34,504 nucleotides of DNA from Anaerovoracaceae bacterium (GTDB lineage Bacteria; Spirochaetota; Spirochaetia; Sphaerochaetales; Sphaerochaetaceae), in NCBI GenBank assembly GCA_963587105.1, contig CAVACS010000003.1, positions 1-34,504 on the forward strand, written 5' to 3'. Each line of letters begins with the position of its first letter. The stretch's first letter is position 1. The translations under genes were made by a program, and so were the position numbers. Under the pieces are notes generated by a model. The model saw only the letters and a program-made list of their open reading frames with translations, was not told where the DNA came from and searched no databases. This document shows positions 18,424 through 26,591 of the stretch, piece by piece.

Positions 18424-18452
18424 AATATACAAACATTGAAAAAGAATGTAAA
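18424..18452 (-). promoter_or_regulatory. Putative sigma70-type promoter
   Basis: On the minus strand: TTTACA (18447-18452), a 17-nt spacer, then TATATT (18424-18429), in an AT-rich context. Confidence 0.45.
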
Positions 18453-18622
18453 CCGATTTTCTGATTTTTTTTGAAAAATTTTAAGTTTTGTTCTGTATTC
18501 TCTTGTTTAAGAAAGAATTATATAAATGAAAAACGGTATTGTCCTAATCCGGTTCCGCTTTTTCTCCATATCTTCGTCCTTTCCCGCCTTCTTCTTTCCT
18601 CCATGATGACAAAGCTGTATAA

Positions 18623-18647
18623 ACGGCCCCTCGGACGACGGGGCCGT
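18623..18647 (-). terminator. GC-rich hairpin, probable terminator or 3'-end element for the 163-aa hypothetical gene
   Basis: ACGGCCCC (18623-18630) pairs with GGGGCCGT (18640-18647), an 8-bp stem with a 9-nt loop. The minus-strand tail is TTTATACAGCTTT. It is near-identical to the 3' half of the hairpin after hydA. Confidence 0.4.
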
Positions 18648-18813
18648 ATGTCCTGTTTCTTTTTATGCAGTTCACCTGCCTTTTTCTCAGAAGCTCTCCG
18701 CACTGATGCAGGAATATCCCGGGGTGATGAACTGATCGAGACTCTTTCAAGCCATTTGCATGATTTACTCTGCGCCGAAAGACTCCTTGTTACTTTCGTC
18801 CTTTCCTCTCTTT

Positions 18814-19305
18814 TTATGCCCAGGGATCCTCCGCTTTCGGAATGCGGATACCGCTTAAAATGCTGGAATATTCCCAGAGGAACCATTCCCCGGTCGAAGC
18901 CTTCTCTCTGAGCTTCATGGGGCGTGGAGAATCCGCACCCGCTGTTTTGAGAAAGATGCGGAGATAGCCGGGCTCGACATCCTGCGCTCTGGGGTCCTGA
19001 AGCACATTCAGAACATAGGGCACAGCCGGCTGATAGCCGTTCTCCGGCGTCGCCCCCTCAAAATAAGAGAGAGGCAGATAGCTTTTGCCGCGAAGCCTGT
19101 CACGCAGGAACTGCTGATCGTAGGCTGTCATGGGCCGCGGACCTCGAAGAAGGTTCATCGCTGCCGTTCCCTCGTCCTTATCTTTGTCGAAGAGCGAGAG
19201 TGCACAAAGAAACATTGCCGCGATCTTTTCCGGCGTCCGTGCCTCTCCAAGAAGCTCTTCAAATTCCTGTAGGCTCTGCGGGATCTTCTGAATAGTAATT
19301 TGCAT
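18814..19305 (-). CDS. Hypothetical protein, 163 aa, no recognisable catalytic motif
   Basis: A clean ORF with a strong Shine-Dalgarno (ATAGGAGGGTTGATACATG). The soluble, ordinary-composition sequence reads '...GATPENGYQPAVPYVLNVLQDP...GADSPRPMKLREKASTGEWFLWEYSSILSGIRIP'. Confidence 0.6.
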   Translation of the reverse strand: MQITIQKIPQSLQEFEELLGEARTPEKIAAMFLCALSLFDKDKDEGTAAMNLLRGPRPMTAYDQQFLRDRLRGKSYLPLSYFEGATPENGYQPAVPYVLNVLQDPRAQDVEPGYLRIFLKTAGADSPRPMKLREKASTGEWFLWEYSSILSGIRIPKAEDPWA

Positions 19306-19648
19306 GTATCAACCCTCCTATGAAGCGTATTAATTGAGTCTCGGGACATATCGGAGACATGACAGAGAAATGAGAAATCCGTCAAACACTTCGCTTTGCT
19401 TATCCGATGCAATTCTTCTCATCTACTTCCGCCTCCTTTCCCTCTAGAGCTTATCATAACAGCCGGAAAGCTCTTTTGCCATCATTACTGCTTCCCGAAA
19501 GCAAACTTTTTTATGCTTTTTTAACTAAACGGGTTTTAAGTTCAATGTGCCGCTCTTTTTCAGGAAAGAACAGAAGGGTATTACCCTGATCCTCTACGCT
19601 TTGTCTCTATATCGTCGTCTTTCTGTACGTGAATGGAAGATGTATGAA

Positions 19649-19671
19649 AGGCCCCTCGGATGAGGGGACCT
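19649..19671 (-). terminator. Intrinsic terminator-like hairpin after hydA
   Basis: On the minus strand: AGGTCCCCTC-ATCC-GAGGGGCCT followed by TTCATAC. It begins 6 nt after the hydA stop. Confidence 0.5.
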
Positions 19672-19676
19672 GATTC

Positions 19677-21371
19677 TTATTTCTTCTTTTTCCTGTAGTG
19701 GACATGCAGGAGCTCGTGTCCCTTCTCGTCGAGAAGACGCTCATAGAGGGATGCTACACTCGGATTGAGCTCGGAGTGCCTTATGCTCATCATCCTGTCG
19801 GCATCATAGAGCCCCTTTCCTCTCTCCTTCCTGACTTCGGAATGGACGAAGGGCTGTCCGCCGCCTGCGACACATCCGCCGGGGCATGCCATGATTTCGA
19901 TGATGTCGAACTTCTCCCCGTCCTTGTGACGCTTGAGGAGCTTTTCCGCATTCATCAGCCCGGAGGCTACTCCGAGACGGAGTGCAACGCCGTCCTCTGT
20001 CGTGAGATCGAAGACCTTGACGCCATCGTTACCCCTTTCGCCGACCGCCGCGATCGAGAGAAGGGATGAACGGGACTTGTCGGAAATGACGTTTCTGAGT
20101 ACAGCCTCAGTGACACCGCCGGTGACGCCGAAGATGACGCCGGCACCCGACGAGTAGTCATATGGATGGTCGACACTCTCACCCTCGATTTCATTCAGGA
20201 GGATCCCGGCCTCCCTGAACATATGCGTCAGTTCCTCAGTTGTGACGACAGCATCGACACAGGGCTCTCCGTTGCGGTCTCGGAATTCCTTTCTCTCCGC
20301 TTCGAACTTCTTTGCAGTACAGGGCATGATTGCGACACTGAAGAGCTTCTTTCCCTCATCCCGTCTCTCCTCCTTGATGACAGATGCGAACATCTCCATC
20401 GGGGAGCGGCATGTCGAGACATTATCAAGAAGCTCGGGGTGCTTCTTCTCGCAGTACTGGATCCATCCCGGACAGCAGGAGGTGATGATGGGAAGCTTCT
20501 TCCCGTCCTTCAGCCTCTCCAGGAACTCCCTGCTCTCCTCGATTACCGTGATATCTGCACCGAAGGATGTGTCATAGACTTCATCGAAGCCCATCTTTCT
20601 GAGAGCGGCGAAGATAAGCGGAGAGACATCCCTTCCGTCCTCGATACCTGCAAGGTTGCCCAGTGCAACTCTCACAGCAGGTGCAACCTGGACGACTGTC
20701 TTCGTGTTCTCATCAGAGATTGCATCCCACACTCTCTTTATATCGCTGCGCGGCATGATAGCACCCGTGGGGCATGCAACGGCACACTGGCCGCAGCCGA
20801 CGCACGTGGTCTCGGAAAGAGGACGTCCGAATGCCGTGGAGATCACCATCTTGCTTCCGCGGTATGCGAAGTCGATTGCACCGACGTTCTGCACCTCGTG
20901 ACATGTTCTGACACAGTCTCCGCAGAGGATGCACTTACCTGAATCGAATGTGATGCATGAAGAGGAATTGGTGACTCTGTTGTCATCTGCTCGGTTGGGG
21001 AACCTCACTCCCTCGATATTGAACCTCACGGCAAGGTCCTGAAGCTTGCAGGCCCTGTTGTTGACACAAGTCGTACAGTCCCTGCAGTGGTTGGCAAGAA
21101 GAAGTTCAAGAATGTTCTTCCTGTACTTTCTGAGCCTGGCAGTGTTGGTCTTAATCCTCATGCCGGCCTTCGGAGGAGTGGAACATGCCGTGAAGAGATT
21201 GCCCTTCTCGTCCTCGACCATGCACATTCTGCATGCGCCGTAGATCGAAAGGTCGGTATGATAGCAGAAGGTCGGAAGCTTGACGCCGGTCTTCCTTATT
21301 ATCTGGAGCATGTTCTTTTCGCCTTCGATTGCTACGGGAGCTCCGTCTATATAGATAAAATCTGCACTCAT
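19677..21371 (-). CDS. hydA: [FeFe]-hydrogenase catalytic subunit (HydA/HndD type) with N-terminal [2Fe-2S] and [4Fe-4S] domains
   Basis: All three H-cluster signatures are present: L1 'TSCCPGW', L2 'MPCTAKKFE' and L3 'MACPGGCVAGGGQP'. There is also an N-terminal plant-type ferredoxin Cys pattern, a His-ligated cluster 'HCRDCTTCVNNRAC', and two CxxCxxCxxxCP motifs. Confidence 0.95.
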   Translation of the reverse strand: MSADFIYIDGAPVAIEGEKNMLQIIRKTGVKLPTFCYHTDLSIYGACRMCMVEDEKGNLFTACSTPPKAGMRIKTNTARLRKYRKNILELLLANHCRDCTTCVNNRACKLQDLAVRFNIEGVRFPNRADDNRVTNSSSCITFDSGKCILCGDCVRTCHEVQNVGAIDFAYRGSKMVISTAFGRPLSETTCVGCGQCAVACPTGAIMPRSDIKRVWDAISDENTKTVVQVAPAVRVALGNLAGIEDGRDVSPLIFAALRKMGFDEVYDTSFGADITVIEESREFLERLKDGKKLPIITSCCPGWIQYCEKKHPELLDNVSTCRSPMEMFASVIKEERRDEGKKLFSVAIMPCTAKKFEAERKEFRDRNGEPCVDAVVTTEELTHMFREAGILLNEIEGESVDHPYDYSSGAGVIFGVTGGVTEAVLRNVISDKSRSSLLSIAAVGERGNDGVKVFDLTTEDGVALRLGVASGLMNAEKLLKRHKDGEKFDIIEIMACPGGCVAGGGQPFVHSEVRKERGKGLYDADRMMSIRHSELNPSVASLYERLLDEKGHELLHVHYRKKKK

Positions 21372-21372
21372 C

Positions 21373-23253
21373 TCACTTCTCCTTTACCGCACCGAACTTA
21401 CACGTGGTTATACAGGAACCGCACTTTATACACTTGTTCTGGTCAATGATGAACGGCTCCTTGATTCTGCCGCTGATGGCTCCGACAGGACACTTACGCG
21501 AACATGCGGAGCAGCCTCTGCACTCCGTCGGATCGATGTAGATTGTCTTGAGCTTCTGGCACTGACCTGCCGGACACTTCTTCTTGTAGACATGAGCCTC
21601 ATACTCATCTCTGAAGTTCTTTATGGTACTCATGACAGGGTTAGGAGCCGACTTTCCGAGTCCGCAGAGAGCTGTATTGGAAATCGTATCGCTGAGCTCC
21701 TCGAGAAGTTCAATGTCCCCGTCCCGGCCGTTGCCGTCGACGATGCGTTCGAGTATCTCGAGCATCCTCTTCGTTCCTTCCCTGCACGGGACGCACTTAC
21801 CGCATGATTCGTTCTGCGTGAAGTGCATGAAGAAGCGTGCGACTTCGACCATGCATGTGTGGCTGTCCATGACAACAAGACCGCCCGATCCTATCATGGC
21901 CCCGATCTTCTTGAGGTTGTCGAAATCGAGAGGAAGATCCAGCTGGTCCTTCGTGAGACATGCTCCGGAGGGACCTCCGATCTGGACTGCCTTGAACTCT
22001 CCATCGCCCCTCATGCCGCCGCCGATGTCGAAGATGATCTTACGCAGCGTAGTACCCATCGGAACCTCGATGAGACCTGTGTTCGTTATGTTACCCGTGA
22101 GTGCGAAGGCCTTCGTTCCCGGACTTGTCGCCGTACCTATCGTCAGATACCACTTTGCTCCCTTCGAGATGATCTGTGAAACTGTCGCGAATGTCTCGAC
22201 GTTATTGAGTACAGTCGGAGAGTCGAAGAGACCGTGTTCGGTAGTACGGGGAGGCTTTACACGCGGGAATCCTCTCCTGCCTTCAATCGAAGCAGTGAGT
22301 GCGGAGCCCTCTCCGCATACGAATGCCCCGGCTCCCTTTGCAATGTGGATGCGGAAATTGAATCCGGAGGAGAGTATATTCTCTCCTAATAGTCCTGCCT
22401 CTTCTGCCTGCTCGATCGCCCTCTGGAGCCTCTTTACGGCCAGCGGGTACTCGGCTCTTACATATATGTATCCTTCTTCGGCACCTACGGCACGGCCGGC
22501 AATCATCATGCCTTCGATCATCCTGTGGGGGTCACCCTCCATGATGGATCTGTCCATGAATGCACCTGGGTCCCCTTCGTCGCCGTTGCAGACGACATAT
22601 TTGTGCTCGCCCTTTGCCCTCTTGACCTGCTCCCACTTCTTTCCGGTGGGGAAGCCTCCGCCTCCGCGGCCTCTGAGAATCGAGGTGGACACCTCGCTGA
22701 TAATCTCATCTCCGCTCATCTCGAAGAGGGCCTTTTCGAAGGCCTCGTAGCCTCCGATTGCAATATACTCGAGGATGCTGTCGGCATCGATTCTGCCGCA
22801 GTGCTCGAGCACGACTCTCGTCTGCTGCTTGTAGAAGGGAATCTCCTCCTGCTTGCGGTATGTCACACCGTTTATCGAGTAGCTGAGACGTTCGACGCAT
22901 TCGCCCTTCTTCGCAGTCTTCTCGACAATCTCCTCGCAGTCCTCGGGTTTTACTTTTGTATAAAGCCAGCCTTCGGGCTCGATTCTCACAAGCGGTCCCA
23001 TCTCACAGAAGCCGTGGCAGCCGCTCTTCTTGAGGCCGATCTCCTTCTCGTGGGGTTCCTTCTCGAGGGTGACTGAGACATAGAGTCCCTCCGCCTCCAT
23101 AAGAGATTTCAGCCTCTCATATATCTTCAGCGATCCGCCTGCAACACAACCCGTGCCTCCGCAGACGATGATCTTCCTTGTCTGGTTTACATAGCCGCTT
23201 CTCATATCCTCCCGGAGAGAAGCAAGGTCTTCTCTTGTCACAAGCTTTGTCAT
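21373..23253 (-). CDS. hydB: NuoF-like NAD(P)H-binding flavoprotein subunit of a bifurcating-type hydrogenase (HydB/HndC)
   Basis: Contains 'GRGGGGFPTGKKW' (FMN/NADH site), 'ESCGKCVPCREG' (N3 cluster), an N-terminal thioredoxin-like [2Fe-2S] domain and two C-terminal 4Fe-4S ferredoxin motifs. I placed the start at the ATG at 23253, which overlaps the hydC stop as ATGA. The ORF-track extension to 23361 overlaps hydC. Confidence 0.92.
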   Translation of the reverse strand: MTKLVTREDLASLREDMRSGYVNQTRKIIVCGGTGCVAGGSLKIYERLKSLMEAEGLYVSVTLEKEPHEKEIGLKKSGCHGFCEMGPLVRIEPEGWLYTKVKPEDCEEIVEKTAKKGECVERLSYSINGVTYRKQEEIPFYKQQTRVVLEHCGRIDADSILEYIAIGGYEAFEKALFEMSGDEIISEVSTSILRGRGGGGFPTGKKWEQVKRAKGEHKYVVCNGDEGDPGAFMDRSIMEGDPHRMIEGMMIAGRAVGAEEGYIYVRAEYPLAVKRLQRAIEQAEEAGLLGENILSSGFNFRIHIAKGAGAFVCGEGSALTASIEGRRGFPRVKPPRTTEHGLFDSPTVLNNVETFATVSQIISKGAKWYLTIGTATSPGTKAFALTGNITNTGLIEVPMGTTLRKIIFDIGGGMRGDGEFKAVQIGGPSGACLTKDQLDLPLDFDNLKKIGAMIGSGGLVVMDSHTCMVEVARFFMHFTQNESCGKCVPCREGTKRMLEILERIVDGNGRDGDIELLEELSDTISNTALCGLGKSAPNPVMSTIKNFRDEYEAHVYKKKCPAGQCQKLKTIYIDPTECRGCSACSRKCPVGAISGRIKEPFIIDQNKCIKCGSCITTCKFGAVKEK

Positions 23254-23735
23254 TTTGCACCCTCCCTGACCTTCAGCGAGTAGATCACCTCCATCGCCTT
23301 GTCGGGCGTCATGGCGGGATGGACCTCGTCGTTGACCGTCATAACGGGTGCCAGACCGCATGCACCGAGACAGGAGACTGTCTCGATGGTGAACATCTGG
23401 TCATCCGTAGTCTTCTTCTTTTCATTGACGCCGAGTTCGGCCCTCACCCTTTCAAGGATCGGTACCGAGCCGCGCACATGACATGCCGTTCCGTCGCAGA
23501 ACTTGATGACGTACTTGCCCTTCTTCTCGAGTGAGAAGTTCTCGTAGAACGTAGCGACGCTGTAGATGCGCGCTTCGCTCATGTCCAGCTTCTCTGCCAG
23601 GTAGGGGAATACCTCCTGCGGCAGATAGTGGAAATGTTCCTGGATAGTCTGAAGAATCGCAATGATGGAGGACTGACTTTCTCCACACTTCTGGAGAGCC
23701 TCCTCTACGATTGAATAGTCAAAGGTATCTGACAT
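23250..23735 (-). CDS. hydC: NuoE-like [2Fe-2S] subunit of the hydrogenase (HydC/HndA)
   Basis: 161 aa, with the NuoE Cys pattern 'CDGTACHVRG...SCLGACGLAP'. Confidence 0.9.
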   Translation of the reverse strand: MSDTFDYSIVEEALQKCGESQSSIIAILQTIQEHFHYLPQEVFPYLAEKLDMSEARIYSVATFYENFSLEKKGKYVIKFCDGTACHVRGSVPILERVRAELGVNEKKKTTDDQMFTIETVSCLGACGLAPVMTVNDEVHPAMTPDKAMEVIYSLKVREGAK

Positions 23736-23789
23736 ATGTTTCCTCTCTTACTGTCAACAGAATAGAGTTTACAGGAAAAAGAGAGGTAA

Positions 23790-23820
23790 ATGATAGAATT
23801 TTTTGAACGAATTGTTACAT
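23790..23820 (-). promoter_or_regulatory. Putative hydCBA promoter overlapped by a candidate Rex operator
   Basis: On the minus strand: GTAACA (23813-23818), a 17-nt spacer, then TATCAT (23790-23795). ATGTAACAATTCGTTCAAAA (23801-23820) matches the Rex consensus TTGTGAA-N6-TTCACAA at about 10 of 14 half-site positions, with the right half TTCAAAA. Confidence 0.3.
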
Positions 23821-23837
23821 TTTTATCGATATTCCGG

Positions 23838-24911
23838 TCAGCGGAACACCTTCTTGAGATCCATCGACGGCTCGTTCCATCCCGATCGCACGGCTTCCTG
23901 GATAAGATCGCTGCGCATTGCACCGTGCATCATCATGATGAATGCATAGTATGATGCCTCACTGTAGCAGAAGAGGTCGTAGCCGCTCTTGTAGATGCAG
24001 TCGGGTCTTATCGCACGGGATACGTATCTGATTGACTCAAGATAATCCTCGAGGTCGATGTAACCCTCCTTTATGAGCGGCATCACATTCTTCGGCCTCT
24101 CGACCTTGATCTCGAAGGCGAAGTCGTCGTCGAAGAAGATATCCATATAGATGGAGTAGCAGAAGGGAGCGCCCTTCTTTCGCCCGTTCTGGGCCGTGCA
24201 GCGCTGGCCCTTGAAACGCTTCTTGAAATCGGGACGGGGCTTTCCCTCTGCTATGAGGACGTCCTTGATCTCCAGGAAGCGGCAGAGCTCGTCGCACCAG
24301 TCGAATTCCTTGTCGCCGGTCTTCTCATAGAGCAGTGACGGCAGGCCCGGGAGCTCGGAGAGCTTCATCTTCTTTCCGTTGATCTCGACGCCGCTCTTCC
24401 TCACTTTCTCCGTCTCCTTCATCACCTTCTCCTGCGCTTCCTTGTAGGTGATTGTCGGGGAGAGCATCATCGTCATCGGAATGGACGGGAAGTAATCATA
24501 GTTCTGCTCGGCAATGTCCTGGAGGTTGAAAATATAATCAGTCTCTATAGGATTGTCGAAGACCGAGCCGCATGCTGCGAGGGCATCCTCCATCGTCGGG
24601 AAGATCTCTCTCTGCTCCTCCTCATCCATCGTGAATGCAGTGGAGAAGACATAGCCGGGTAGTCCGAATGCCCGGCATATTATATAACTGAGGGCCCCCA
24701 GCGAGACTGTGTCGGGGACAAGAATCCACCGCTCGATGTGGCCGTTCTCGATATTGGCATACTCCCTCAGGTCCTCCTTCTCGTGTTCGTCCAGAGACAT
24801 GAAGTCAAAGGAGAGCTTGAGCGGTATTATGTCATAGACGGGGTTGGATGATGTACAGTACTTATCAATCAGGGCCAGATCCAGATCGAGCTTTTTTTTC
24901 TTGTTTCCCAT
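23838..24911 (-). CDS. Divergent MM3350-like / pRiA4b ORF-3-like (PF07929-type) domain protein, function unknown
   Basis: I placed the start at the ATG at 24911 (MGNKKKKLDL...), 2 nt after the pfk stop. 'ERWILVPDTVSLGALSYIICRAFGLPGYVFSTAF' follows the family pattern W-R-x-L-x-V-P-x3-(T/S)-L-x2-L-H-x-(V/I)-I-x3-(F/M)-G-W. The later 'YMDIFFDDDFAFEIKVE' resembles the family motif Y-x-Y-D-F-G-D-x-W-x-H-x-I. Confidence 0.5.
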   Translation of the reverse strand: MGNKKKKLDLDLALIDKYCTSSNPVYDIIPLKLSFDFMSLDEHEKEDLREYANIENGHIERWILVPDTVSLGALSYIICRAFGLPGYVFSTAFTMDEEEQREIFPTMEDALAACGSVFDNPIETDYIFNLQDIAEQNYDYFPSIPMTMMLSPTITYKEAQEKVMKETEKVRKSGVEINGKKMKLSELPGLPSLLYEKTGDKEFDWCDELCRFLEIKDVLIAEGKPRPDFKKRFKGQRCTAQNGRKKGAPFCYSIYMDIFFDDDFAFEIKVERPKNVMPLIKEGYIDLEDYLESIRYVSRAIRPDCIYKSGYDLFCYSEASYYAFIMMMHGAMRSDLIQEAVRSGWNEPSMDLKKVFR

Positions 24912-24913
24912 TA

Positions 24914-26230
24914 TTACTCCTGGTTTTTCATGCTTATGGGCTGACGTGTATTCTCGAGAACATCTCTCCAGAGTGCTCCCTCGGTGTTCACATGGTTGCG
25001 CTTTGCAACTGCAGCGGCAATCGGAATATAGACGAAGCGGTTGTTCACCGAAGATGCGATGCACTTCGTCTTGCCTGCCATTGCGGCATGGACGGCATGT
25101 GCTCCGAGTCGCGCACAGTATATCGAATCATAGCTGTTGGCGGGAGTCGATCTGATGATGTACGAGGGATCGATGTATTTTACCGATACGGGGATTCCCT
25201 CCTCCTTGAAATAATCCTTTATCTTCTGTTTGAGGAATGTTCCTATATCCTGATAGAGCAGGTTGCCGCCGGCATCCCTCTCTCCTGTCGGAGGAATGAG
25301 ATCCGTTCCCGCGCCCTCTGCAACGAGGATGACTGCGTGTCCACGGTCGAGCATCCTCTTCTTGAGGTGTGCCAGAAGGCCGTTCTTGCCGTCGAGGTCG
25401 AAGGGGTTCTCCGGAATGAGGCAGAAGTTGACGTCGCTCTGTGCCAGTGACGTATGGGCCGCGATGAAGCCCGACTCTCTTCCCATGACCTTCACAAGGC
25501 CTATGCCGTTGTATGCACTCTTTGCTTCGACGTGTGCTCCTCTTACCGCAGGTACTGCAGAAGCCACGGCTGTGTCGAAACCGAATGATGTATCTATGAA
25601 CGAGAGGTCGTTGTCGATTGTCTTAGGAACTCCGACGACTGCGATCTTGAGGTCTCTCTTTCCGATCTCCTCGCTGATGGCCGCCGCACCCTTGAGTGTG
25701 CCGTCACCTCCGATGGTGATCAGGATGTTGATATTCTCGCGCTCGAGTGTATCGACAATCTGTTCGACTTCCTTGCCGCCTCCGCGCGCCGAACCGAGGA
25801 TCGTGCCGCCCTTCTCCTGGATTTCGTCCACGACATCGGGATTGAGTTCGATCATCGGCCATGGTGAATCTGCAAGAAGTCCCAGATATCCGAAAGGAAT
25901 ACCGGAGATTCTGCGTACCCCGTATCTGTACCAGAAACATCTGACTACGCTTCTGATGACGTTATTGAGACCGGGACATATACCGCCGCAGGTGCAGATC
26001 GCGGCATGAACACGTTTGGGATTGAAATAAATCTTCTTCCTGGGACCTGCAAGCTCCAGGAGGTCAACCTCCTCACCGCCGCCCTGAGGCTTATGGTCTA
26101 TGTCGAGAAAGATCTTGTCGCTGTCCTCGACGTAGTCAGCCTGACCGTCGCCGGGATGAACCGACATCTGTATCGGGGAGAGGATCTTCGCTTCTCCGAT
26201 CGTCTCAATGTTGAATGTCCGCTTTGTCAC
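24914..26230 (-). CDS. pfkA: 6-phosphofructokinase of the long 'PPi-PFK-like' clade (phosphoryl donor unresolved; GGDG + PKTIDND suggests ATP)
   Basis: 438 aa, with 'CGGICPGLNNVIRS', 'TIGGDGT', 'VPKTIDNDL' and 'MGRESG'. Confidence 0.88.
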   Translation of the reverse strand: MTKRTFNIETIGEAKILSPIQMSVHPGDGQADYVEDSDKIFLDIDHKPQGGGEEVDLLELAGPRKKIYFNPKRVHAAICTCGGICPGLNNVIRSVVRCFWYRYGVRRISGIPFGYLGLLADSPWPMIELNPDVVDEIQEKGGTILGSARGGGKEVEQIVDTLERENINILITIGGDGTLKGAAAISEEIGKRDLKIAVVGVPKTIDNDLSFIDTSFGFDTAVASAVPAVRGAHVEAKSAYNGIGLVKVMGRESGFIAAHTSLAQSDVNFCLIPENPFDLDGKNGLLAHLKKRMLDRGHAVILVAEGAGTDLIPPTGERDAGGNLLYQDIGTFLKQKIKDYFKEEGIPVSVKYIDPSYIIRSTPANSYDSIYCARLGAHAVHAAMAGKTKCIASSVNNRFVYIPIAAAVAKRNHVNTEGALWRDVLENTRQPISMKNQE

Positions 26231-26591
26231 TTTCTTCCTCCTTTAAAAGGAAAGCTAACTCTTCTTTGTATCTATTATACTCCACAAGAGCGGCTTTTTT
26301 GGCTTTTTCCTGAAAAATTCTGTAGAGGTCCATGTAACGTCTGGCAAACGGTGTCAGTTCAACCCCTTCTCTCGAGGCCCCGCCTCTCTTACGGGAAACG
26401 AAGGGACGTCCGACCTCCTTCTCGAGCTTCTTCAGCATATTGTACGCCTTGGAGTACGAGAGATTCATCTTCATGCTTGCAGCTCTGAGCGACTGCTCCT
26501 CTCCGATGTTCTCAAGAAGCCACAGGACTCCGATTCCCATGAACTTCTCACCGCTGTCATCGACAAGATAGAGTTTGGTATCTAGCTCCAC
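26205..26591 (-). CDS. Stand-alone ModE-N-terminal-like winged-helix (LysR HTH_1 type) regulator without Mop/TOBE domains
   Basis: 128 aa. 'GVLWLLENIGEEQSLRAASMKMNLSYSKAYNMLKKLEKEVGRPFVSRKRGGASREGVELTPFARRY' follows the ModE N-domain pattern. It overlaps the aminotransferase 3' end by 10 nt and the pfk 5' end by 26 nt. Confidence 0.65.
   Translation of the reverse strand: MELDTKLYLVDDSGEKFMGIGVLWLLENIGEEQSLRAASMKMNLSYSKAYNMLKKLEKEVGRPFVSRKRGGASREGVELTPFARRYMDLYRIFQEKAKKAALVEYNRYKEELAFLLKEEESDKADIQH

Noticed and set aside
18650-18813. Riboswitch- or RNase P-like fragments on the minus strand: CTGAGA (TPP-like) and GAGGAAAGG (RNase P P4-like).
   Set aside because: These are isolated short matches only. 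The surrounding conserved helices and motifs (ACCTGA/pyrimidine sensor for TPP; GTCCGGGC and others for RNase P) are absent. The downstream gene is also unrelated to thiamine.
19155-19589. Track ORFs 19155..19412 (-) and 19407..19589 (+) in the hydA-hypothetical spacer.
   Set aside because: They use non-ATG or unsupported starts, lack a Shine-Dalgarno, and have low-complexity Ser/Arg/Leu-rich products that overlap the real 163-aa gene. They are most likely non-coding.
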